Positions 1-7,131 of a stretch of DNA of 13,495 nucleotides are shown here, piece by piece. Every line of letters starts with the position of its first letter. Within the stretch, counting starts at the first letter, position 1. The notes under the pieces are model-generated. The model saw only the letters and a program-made list of their open reading frames with translations. It did no database searches and was not told the DNA's origin. Source of the DNA: Candidatus Aenigmatarchaeota archaeon (lineage in GTDB: Archaea > Aenigmatarchaeota > Aenigmatarchaeia > CG10238-14 > SCSR01). A program made the position numbers and the translations under genes. The stretch spans positions 1 through 13,495 of the forward strand of contig JAWBTW010000018.1 in NCBI GenBank assembly GCA_039000165.1, read 5' to 3'.

Positions 1-2343
1 CTACCAGCTTCTTCCTTTGCTTCTTCCTTTTCCGTTACTCCAAGCTCTGGAGATGCAGGTACAACTCTTAGACTTAATTTTTCCTTCACACCAGATACCA
101 AGGTCCAATCAATAAAAATTTATGTCCCTCCATGTAATCCAAGCGGTTGCCCAAGCGCTCCATATTACGATATTGATGAAAATTCGATTGGTTCTTCTTC
201 TTCGACACAGATAACTACCGAGTCTTACGAAGGAAAAATCTCAGCTATAAATTTGTCATGGACTACCTCTTTTCCTCAATTTACAGTTCTTCTCTTCTTC
301 AACGCAACTTTAGATACACCACCCCAAGACAGAAAAGATGAATGGCTATGTTATTATGCAGAACGTCAAGGAATAGAAGGAAGTGCCTCTACTTATTTTT
401 CTGTTCTAGCCCCAAATCTCAACATAGTCGAGCTAAAAATTCAACCTAAGGAGGTAATCCTCAATTCAACTAACCCAAAAGCAATTATTTACGTAAGCGC
501 AACGATTAAAAATATCAAAGATTCGACTCACTCAGGAACTTCTTACGATTTAAGCCCTTTAATGTCAGTCTTTCCAGACTGGTTACCTTCCCCGCTTCCT
601 TCCCCTTCTTGGGTAAACTCTACCCTTTCAAAATTGCTTCCTGACGAAGCTCTTTTAGCTAGTTGGGATTTAACCGCAAACTATGATGAAACAGAAAGTA
701 ATTCTTATACGATAGAAATCAAGGTTTCTGATAGGAATGGCTATTCTTCTTTCTTAGAAGATTATGTTAAGGTTACCAAAACTGAAACAATTGGAACAAT
801 TCAGCCTACTTGCACAAAATGTTATGTTAAGATAAAAGAATGTCCTCTTCAAGTAATAGCTGGTTCAAACTTTCAAATAACTTATCAAATAAACGCTTCT
901 AGCAGCTATGACGTTCAAGCAATTTTTATAAACGGAACAAGAGAAGCGTGCTATTTTAACGAAGATTTTAACCAATGCTCGCTTCAAACTATAACAAGGA
1001 CGATTTCCGCACCTTTAACCCCTGGAAAATATAAAATTAAAGTAAGCTGCTACGCTTCTTCTTTACCCGAAAGGTCTTCTTGCGATTTGGAGGATAGCTC
1101 TGATTTTTGCGAGATAGAAGTTAAGCAAGCCTCAGGACTTACAGTTTTTCTACAAACAGACAAGAAAGAATACACAAAAGGTGAAAAAATTTTGATAAGC
1201 GGGAATGCTTTAACTCAAGAAAGACTTCCTGTTCAAAATGCTGAAGTTTACATAACACTAGAATTGGGCAAGTGGAAGTTAAACTTTAAAACCTATACAG
1301 ACAGCTACGGAAGGTTTTATTATGAATATCCGATAAGCTTTGGCGACCCTGAAGGAAGCTGGAAAATTTCAGTGGAAGTTATCGATGCCTCTGGCAATGT
1401 AGGAAAAGCCCAAACTTTCGTTTTAGTAAAAGCTCCGGCAGAAGTTTACTATTCCTTAAACTTTTTATCTCCGCAAGAAGATTCAATTTTCAAAAGAGGA
1501 GATACTCTTAAGATAGAGGTTGAAGTGAAAAGAGGAAATACCTCAGAAACCAATGCTATAGTGAGTTGTAATCTTCCTAATGGTATAACAATCAAACTAA
1601 ATCAAACTTCTGGCAACTATTCTGGAGAATATAAAATAAAGTTTAGCGACCCCCTAGGAAGCTGGAATATCGTTTGTGAAGCTGTAAAGGAAGAAAAAGG
1701 TAAAATCTACAGAGGAGGATCTTTCGCTACAATAAATGTTGAGCCAGCAAATATCATACTTGAACTTCTTTCCCCAAGAGAAACTGAACTAATTTCAGGC
1801 GAAACTGTAAGTTTTCTTGTTAGAGCTTTCTATTCTGATAACAAGCCAGTAGAAGGAGCTACAGTATTTTTAACTTTTCAAGGCCAGCAGGTTTCCTTGA
1901 GCGAAACAGAAGAAGGGAATTATACTTGCAAATTTCTAGTTAAGGAAGAAGGTCAGTTTATTGCAAGAATCTCAGCAAAAGATTCTAACAATAATCAAGG
2001 AGAGCTAGAAAAAATGTTTACGATAAAAGCTAAGCTAAACATGTTCTCAAGCTATTGGTGGAGCTTTCTTTTTCCTATTCCAATCTTGCTTTACTTTGCC
2101 TACAAACTTTTGAGAGCAAAAGTTTCAGAAGAAGAAAAAATTAAAAAAGAAATAGAGAATTACAAGAAAGAGCTTGAGCACATAGAAGAAATGCAAAAAG
2201 TAACTCAAAAAGAATACTTCCAAAGAAAAATTCCAGAAGAAGCTTTTAAGAGAATGATGGAAGATTTTGAGAAAAAAACTATAGAGATTCAGGTAAAAAT
2301 AAAAGACCTTGAAGAAAGACTTGAAAAAATGAGAAAAAAATAG
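1..2343 (+). CDS. Large membrane-anchored surface protein (5'-truncated): Cys-rich and tandem Ig/MG2-like beta-sandwich domains, C-terminal TM helix, cytoplasmic coiled-coil tail
   Basis: Frame 1 is open from base 1 (LPASSFASSFSVTPSSGDAGTTLRLNFSF...) into the listed 253..2343 ORF, so the TTG at 253 is probably not the real start. MG2-like motif LQTDKKEYTKGEKILISG; repeated DPxGSW motif; many N-x-S/T sequons; hydrophobic YWWSFLFPIPILLYFAYKLL at ~2053-2112; K/E-rich helical tail. Confidence 0.8.
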   Translation, partial: LPASSFASSFSVTPSSGDAGTTLRLNFSFTPDTKVQSIKIYVPPCNPSGCPSAPYYDIDENSIGSSSSTQITTESYEGKISAINLSWTTSFPQFTVLLFFNATLDTPPQDRKDEWLCYYAERQGIEGSASTYFSVLAPNLNIVELKIQPKEVILNSTNPKAIIYVSATIKNIKDSTHSGTSYDLSPLMSVFPDWLPSPLPSPSWVNSTLSKLLPDEALLASWDLTANYDETESNSYTIEIKVSDRNGYSSFLEDYVKVTKTETIGTIQPTCTKCYVKIKECPLQVIAGSNFQITYQINASSSYDVQAIFINGTREACYFNEDFNQCSLQTITRTISAPLTPGKYKIKVSCYASSLPERSSCDLEDSSDFCEIEVKQASGLTVFLQTDKKEYTKGEKILISGNALTQERLPVQNAEVYITLELGKWKLNFKTYTDSYGRFYYEYPISFGDPEGSWKISVEVIDASGNVGKAQTFVLVKAPAEVYYSLNFLSPQEDSIFKRGDTLKIEVEVKRGNTSETNAIVSCNLPNGITIKLNQTSGNYSGEYKIKFSDPLGSWNIVCEAVKEEKGKIYRGGSFATINVEPANIILELLSPRETELISGETVSFLVRAFYSDNKPVEGATVFLTFQGQQVSLSETEEGNYTCKFLVKEEGQFIARISAKDSNNNQGELEKMFTIKAKLNMFSSYWWSFLFPIPILLYFAYKLLRAKVSEEEKIKKEIENYKKELEHIEEMQKVTQKEYFQRKIPEEAFKRMMEDFEKKTIEIQVKIKDLEERLEKMRKK

Positions 2344-3807
2344 TTACTTTAGAAGCTTCTTCACTACTTTCATAACTTCCTTTGCTTCTATTTTTCCTCT
2401 AACTTTGCTCATCACCAAGCCCAAAGCCTTTTCAAAAGGCATGTCTTTTGTAACAATGCTTTTGGCTATTTCTTTTAGCTCACTAACTTTTATTGGTTTT
2501 AAGTCAAGCTCTTTTACCGCAAAGCTCACGCTTTTATCAGGGTTTTTTGCTAAGTAAGCTAGAACTTGAGGAAGCGCTTCTTTTATCAGTTGTTTTCTAG
2601 CCAAAGCATCAAAAACTTCAAGGAAATGCTTCTCAGTTAAATTCTCAACGTTTACCTTTTCCCTTTTCTCCAAATCTTTAAGAGTGGAAACGAAAGTGTT
2701 TGCTACTATGCTAGGCTCGACTCTTTTCTTTTCAACAATTTTTTCAAAAATTTCTAGATAATCAGACCTTATTATTTGTTTTGCCAAATCATCAGAAAGC
2801 TTAAGCTTTGTTTTAAATCTTGCTAATTTTTTTGTCCAAGGTTCAGGCAGACTTTTCTTTATTCTTTCTATTAACTCTTTCGAAACTATTATCGGAGCAA
2901 TGTCAGTTTCAGGGTATAAGCGAGCAGCTCCTGGTAAAGGTCTTAAGAATTTTGTTGTAGCATCTGGCAAAGCAGCTCTTGTTTCTTCTTCAATTTTTTG
3001 CCCTTTTTCTATTAGTTCTAGCTGCCTTTTTACTTCTAGCTCGATAACCTTTGCTATTAAACCAAGCTCCTGCACCCCTTTAATTTCAACCCTTTTTCCT
3101 TTTTTTATGCTAACGTTCAAATCCTGCCTTATGGTTCCTATTCCACGCTTAACTTTTCCTGTTGACTTGCAAGTTAACCCAATAAAATAAGCAATCTCCT
3201 GGATTTCTTCAGGAGAAAAACCTTCTAATAAGCCTGTACTTATCTCAACCAAAGGAATACCAAGCCTGCTTAGCCTATAGGTTACATTACCATCTTCTTC
3301 CTTAACTATCGCTGCTGCATCTTCTTCCAAACAAACATGCTTTATCTCAATTTTCTTTCCCTTATACTTGAGAAAACCATCTTTTCCAATTATTGCAGTT
3401 CTTTGAAAACCCATTGGGGTTGAGCCGTCTATAACAGTTTTCCTCATGACATGAATTTCTTCTGGAATAGAGCAGTTTAAAAGCAAAGCAATTTGTAAAG
3501 CAATTTCTAAGGCTTCTTGGTTTAAAGGTAAAGGCGGTTCTTCATCCAAATCGATTAAGCAAACTTCATTCCTAAAAACCTGGTAATAGAAAGTTCTGTT
3601 TCTCAAGTATTCATACTGAGCAGCTACATCAACTTCTCCTAACTCACTTTGAACAGGATGCTGCTTTCTTTTAATTATTGCTACAGGCTCTTTTTCTTTC
3701 ATCTCAGTCGAGCAATTGCAAAAAAGCTTATGCTTAGTGTTAAGCTGAACATGAATTTCCAAACCAGCCTTCAAACCAATTTTTTTATAATTTATTCCTT
3801 CACTCAT
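2344..3807 (-). CDS. gatE: Glu-tRNA(Gln) amidotransferase subunit E, short form (487 aa) without the AspRS-like insertion domain
   Basis: GatE motifs GLKAGLEIHVQL, SELGEVD, DEEPP, MRKTVIDGS..GFQRT, CLEEDAA, RLGIPLVEI, KVKRGIGTIRQDLNVSI, RVEIKGVQ, RPLPGAARLYPETD; adjacent to gatD. ATG at 3807 preferred to TTG at 3813: it overlaps the gatD stop (ATGAGTGA) and has GGAGAG upstream. Confidence 0.95.
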   Translation of the reverse strand: MSEGINYKKIGLKAGLEIHVQLNTKHKLFCNCSTEMKEKEPVAIIKRKQHPVQSELGEVDVAAQYEYLRNRTFYYQVFRNEVCLIDLDEEPPLPLNQEALEIALQIALLLNCSIPEEIHVMRKTVIDGSTPMGFQRTAIIGKDGFLKYKGKKIEIKHVCLEEDAAAIVKEEDGNVTYRLSRLGIPLVEISTGLLEGFSPEEIQEIAYFIGLTCKSTGKVKRGIGTIRQDLNVSIKKGKRVEIKGVQELGLIAKVIELEVKRQLELIEKGQKIEEETRAALPDATTKFLRPLPGAARLYPETDIAPIIVSKELIERIKKSLPEPWTKKLARFKTKLKLSDDLAKQIIRSDYLEIFEKIVEKKRVEPSIVANTFVSTLKDLEKREKVNVENLTEKHFLEVFDALARKQLIKEALPQVLAYLAKNPDKSVSFAVKELDLKPIKVSELKEIAKSIVTKDMPFEKALGLVMSKVRGKIEAKEVMKVVKKLLK

Positions 3808-5125
3808 ACTCAATTCTCTCCGAGATTTCGCCAGCTAAATTAGAAAGCATGAGCTCTTTTATTTTTTCCATTTTCTTTTCATGCCCCAAAACAAACATCA
3901 GCTTAACATAAGCAACTTCAGGAAGCATGTCACTTGCAAAAATTACCCCTCTTTTCAAAAGCTCCCTTAAATTATGGTAAATTGTTGGATGAGTTCTTCC
4001 GTACAAGCATTGCGAAGCTATAACAACAGGAATTCCTAGGCTTACAGCTTTTTCAATTTTTGGTAATAAAGAATTTTCTCCTAAAGTAGGAACATGTCCC
4101 AAGCCTGTTGCTTCTACAACAAAACCCTTATAGCCTTTTTCTAAGTAGAAATCAAAAATTTCAGGGTTAAGACCAGGATAACATTTGATTAAAGCAACTT
4201 TTCTCTCAATCTTTTCATCAACCTTTACTTTTCTCTCACTTCTTTTCCTGTAATTTTGGTTCAAAATTTCAATTTTTCTGTTTTCCCAGTAAATTTTTGC
4301 TATTGGCAATTCATTAATTGCCTTAAAAGCATCTCTTCTACTAGCATGCATCTTTCTTGCTCTTGTTCCCCTTATGGCAAAGCAATAATCATCATTTATA
4401 CTCCCATGCATTACTATGCAAACCTCAGCTACATCAGAATTTGCTACAAAGTTTGCTGCACAGCTTACATTCATTACAGCATCACTACTTGGCCTATCGC
4501 TAGACCTTTGCGACCCAACTAAAGCTACAGGGCAAGGCAAATCTTTCAGCATAAAGCTTAGAGCAGCAGAAGTATAATGCAAAGTATCTGTGCCGTGAGT
4601 GACTATTACTCCTTTTGAGCCAGAGTTAATTTCTTTTGCTACTGCTTTTGCTATTTCTACCCATTTTTCTGGAGTAATATCTTCGCTCATTATATTCATA
4701 ACTTGCTCGACTTTTATGTTTGCAATTTCTTTTAACTCAGGAATTTGTGCTACTATGTCGCGAGGAGAAAAAGAAGCATACACTCCTCCGCTTCTATAAT
4801 CTACTCTGCTTGCAATAGTCCCTCCTGTTCCAAGAATAGAAATCAAAGGAAGCTTTTTGTCAAATATTAAAACTTTTTCTTTTTCTACTTTGGGCTCCTC
4901 AAGCCTCCACTCTTTTTTTACTTTTTCTATCTTTACTCCTTTCTCAAGCTTGATTCCAATATTGTATCCGTTATCCAACTTGAGAATTAAGCAAGAAGTA
5001 TTGCCAAGCTCTATTCTTGGCATTAAAATTCCTTCATACTTTTTTCCTTTTTTGGAAACAACTATTCTATCTCCAACTTCAATTTTTTTACTTTTAAGTA
5101 GTGACTCTATTTCCTTAGAATACAA
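3800..5125 (-). CDS. gatD: Glu-tRNA(Gln) amidotransferase subunit D (asparaginase-like glutaminase)
   Basis: GatD N-terminal domain (YEGILMPR...LKLDNGYNIGI), catalytic TGGTIASRVDY and HGTDT, plus GSQRSSDRPSSD, RKMHASRRDAF, GLGHV, DMLPEVAYVKL. TTG start preceded by AGGTGA. Confidence 0.97.
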   Translation of the reverse strand: MYSKEIESLLKSKKIEVGDRIVVSKKGKKYEGILMPRIELGNTSCLILKLDNGYNIGIKLEKGVKIEKVKKEWRLEEPKVEKEKVLIFDKKLPLISILGTGGTIASRVDYRSGGVYASFSPRDIVAQIPELKEIANIKVEQVMNIMSEDITPEKWVEIAKAVAKEINSGSKGVIVTHGTDTLHYTSAALSFMLKDLPCPVALVGSQRSSDRPSSDAVMNVSCAANFVANSDVAEVCIVMHGSINDDYCFAIRGTRARKMHASRRDAFKAINELPIAKIYWENRKIEILNQNYRKRSERKVKVDEKIERKVALIKCYPGLNPEIFDFYLEKGYKGFVVEATGLGHVPTLGENSLLPKIEKAVSLGIPVVIASQCLYGRTHPTIYHNLRELLKRGVIFASDMLPEVAYVKLMFVLGHEKKMEKIKELMLSNLAGEISERIEYE

Positions 5126-5177
5126 GCGTTCACCTTTCCTAATAAATATTGCAAACTCTTTTATTAATTTTTGCCTT
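5126..5177 (-). promoter_or_regulatory. glnA-gatD spacer with Shine-Dalgarno (AGGTGA) and possible TATA box (TTAATAAA)
   Basis: Minus strand reads ...GGCAAAAATTAATAAAAGAGTTTGCAATATTTATTAGGAAAGGTGAACGC-TTG: purine-rich BRE-like run, TATA-like box, then SD 4 nt before the start. Confidence 0.5.
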
Positions 5178-6548
5178 TTAAAGAGCTAGGTATTTCTCCA
5201 ATTCCCAAGGATGAACTTGTTTTCTGTAACTATCCCACTGAGCTTTAAGTATTTCATATACCTTCTCTTTCACAAACCTACCTAAAGCTTTTTCTACTAT
5301 TTTGCTTTTCCTCGTTAGCTCCATAGCCTCTCCTAAGGATTGAGGCAAAGTTTCTATATAAAATTTCTTGAGTTTAGAATCGTCAAAATGATAGACATCT
5401 TCTTCTACTGGCTGAGGAGGTTCGAGCTTTTTTTCTATTCCATACAAACCAGCTTCAAGCATTACCGCATAACCAAGAAAAGGGTTCATCGAAGGGTCAG
5501 GCCACCTTGCTTCTAGTCTAGTTTCTTTCTCCTTTCCAGGAAAATATTCTGGCTTTCTTATTAAAGCTGACCTGTTTCTGCTTCCCCAGCAAATATAAAC
5601 AGGAGCCTCATAACCAACCACTAGTCTTTTATAAGAATTAACAGTAGGGTTAGTTATTCCAACTATTTCTTTTACACATTTAAGCTGTCCGGCAAGAAAG
5701 TGTCTTGCTAAATCAGAAAGATGATAACTATCTTTTTCATCAAAGAAAAGGTTTTCTCCATTCCTCATTATGCTTTGATGAGTATGGGCTCCTGAGCCGT
5801 TCACTCCGTAAATTGGTTTTGGCATAAAACTTGCAAACAACTCATTTTCATAACTTGCAACCTTAACGCAAAGCTTGTAATTTATAAAATCTATAGCCGC
5901 TTCTAAAGCAGGTTTATGCTTGTAGTTTATTTCATATTGACCTTGGGAAACTTCATGATGCTCTTTGACAACATTTACGCCTAGTTTTTCCATGTAGTCT
6001 ATGGCTTTATTTAACGCTAAGGTTGTTTTGTGAAGAGGGGCATAATCAAAATAGCCATACCTGTCAGTTTTTAGGGGAGTGGCTGCAATATCATCTTTCA
6101 TTTCAAAAAGAAAAAACTCTATCTCTGAAGCAAAGTTAGGAGTTGTTCCTTTTCCAAGTTTTTCTTCAAGCCTTTTCTCACAATTTTTTAAAACATAAAT
6201 CGGGTCGCCCTCAAAAGGAAATCCTCCAGGCCTCAAAACTTCGCACAAAAATCTTGCTTCTTTAATTTCGTTGATTCTCCAAGGAAAAATTCTGAAAGTT
6301 GAGATATGTGGCTTTAAAACTAAATCGCTTTCTGCAATTCTTACAAAACCCTCAACAGAAGAGCCATCAAAGCCTAAACCATTCTCTACATATTCCTTAA
6401 AATTTTCCAGGTTTTCTTTCGTTTTTGTTGGCACGCTCACGCTTTTCAAATTACCAACTATATCAACAAATTGAAAATGAACTCTTTCGATCTTTTCTCT
6501 TTTAACCTCACTAACTATATCTTCTTCTGTTACAATTTTTTCGTTCAC
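5178..6548 (-). CDS. glnA: Glutamine synthetase type I (GSI-alpha-like)
   Basis: FDGSS, EIEFFLF, HHEVSQGQYEI, FMPKPIYGVNGSGAHTHQS, NSYKRLVVGYEAP, NRSALIR and RLEARWPDP motifs; metal- and substrate-binding Glu/His/Arg residues appear intact. GTG start. Confidence 0.97.
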   Translation of the reverse strand: MNEKIVTEEDIVSEVKREKIERVHFQFVDIVGNLKSVSVPTKTKENLENFKEYVENGLGFDGSSVEGFVRIAESDLVLKPHISTFRIFPWRINEIKEARFLCEVLRPGGFPFEGDPIYVLKNCEKRLEEKLGKGTTPNFASEIEFFLFEMKDDIAATPLKTDRYGYFDYAPLHKTTLALNKAIDYMEKLGVNVVKEHHEVSQGQYEINYKHKPALEAAIDFINYKLCVKVASYENELFASFMPKPIYGVNGSGAHTHQSIMRNGENLFFDEKDSYHLSDLARHFLAGQLKCVKEIVGITNPTVNSYKRLVVGYEAPVYICWGSRNRSALIRKPEYFPGKEKETRLEARWPDPSMNPFLGYAVMLEAGLYGIEKKLEPPQPVEEDVYHFDDSKLKKFYIETLPQSLGEAMELTRKSKIVEKALGRFVKEKVYEILKAQWDSYRKQVHPWELEKYLAL

Positions 6549-6657
6549 GTTACTTTTTTTCTCACTACAAATATATAAGTTTTAGCTTAAAAATTTGAAC
6601 AAAAATCCAAAAATTTTTATATTTGATTAACAAATATTCAAAAAGGTGAATAAAAAA
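6549..6657. promoter_or_regulatory. Divergent glnA/lrp promoter region
   Basis: Minus-strand TTATATAT (6571-6578) lies ~22 nt before the glnA GTG (leaderless geometry); plus-strand TTTTATAT at ~6615-6622; SD AGGTGA at 6644-6649; two imperfect TTTG...CAAA inverted repeats. Confidence 0.6.
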
Positions 6658-7101
6658 ATGGAGCTAGACAAAACAGACGTTAAAATAATTAAGCTTTTGC
6701 TTTCAAACTCAAGACTTTCCTTTAGAGAAATAGCAAGGCATTTAGGTTTATCCGTAGGGACAATTATAAATCGAGTAAAAATTCTAGAAAGCGAGAAGAT
6801 AATTAAAGGCTATTCAGTTCTTTTGGATCATGAAAAAATTGGTTATGAGCTTACAGCAATTATAGAAATAACAGTTTCAAAAGGCAAGCTTTTGGAAGTT
6901 GAAAAAGAAATAGCAAAATTTTCTAATGTATGCGCAGTATATGACATTACTGGTTTGACAGATGCCTTGATAATAGCCAAGTTTAAGAAAAGGCAAGAGC
7001 TTAGCGACTTTGTTAAAAGCTTGCTAGCAATGCCAAACGTGGAAAGAACAAACACTCATGTAGTTTTGACAACTATTAAAGAAGATTTTAGGGTTGTTTA
7101 A
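6658..7101 (+). CDS. Lrp/AsnC family transcriptional regulator
   Basis: N-terminal HTH (LDKTDVKIIKLLLSNSRLSFREIARHLGLSVGTIINRVKILESEKIIKGY) plus RAM domain (VYDITGLTDALI...NVERTNTHVVL). ATG 6658 has AGGTGA 8 nt upstream; GTG 6646 is an alternative start. Confidence 0.95.
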   Translation: MELDKTDVKIIKLLLSNSRLSFREIARHLGLSVGTIINRVKILESEKIIKGYSVLLDHEKIGYELTAIIEITVSKGKLLEVEKEIAKFSNVCAVYDITGLTDALIIAKFKKRQELSDFVKSLLAMPNVERTNTHVVLTTIKEDFRVV

Positions 7102-7119
7102 TTTTTTATTTATAAAAAA
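7102..7119 (+). terminator. T-tract / A-T inverted repeat after lrp; may also contain the TATA box of the next gene
   Basis: TTTTTTAT-TT-ATAAAAAA directly after the lrp stop; archaeal terminators are typically oligo-T tracts. Confidence 0.35.
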
Positions 7120-7131
7120 CAAAAATAAATT

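Noticed and set aside
7..30. Tandem GCTTCTTCCTTT x2
   Set aside because: Two copies of a 12-mer encoding ASSF-ASSF in low-complexity coding sequence; not an array.
253..255. TTG start for the first ORF
   Set aside because: The frame is open to base 1 with similar S/T-rich sequence and there is no signal peptide at 253; the true start is probably upstream of the window.
1..2343. Alpha-2-macroglobulin call from the MG2-like motif
   Set aside because: No thioester CxEQ motif, and the protein ends in a TM helix shortly after the repeats.
2344..3807. Calling the 487-aa protein GatB because of its length, or a pseudogene
   Set aside because: Motifs are GatE-specific (SELGEVD, DEEPP, RGIGTIRQD, RPLPGAARLYPETD), it is coupled to gatD, and the frame is intact.
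2900..6474. Short plus-strand ORFs 2900-3190, 3649-3843, 4256-4522, 4599-4799, 4857-5189, 6271-6474
   Set aside because: Antisense shadows of gatE, gatD and glnA with no recognisable motifs.
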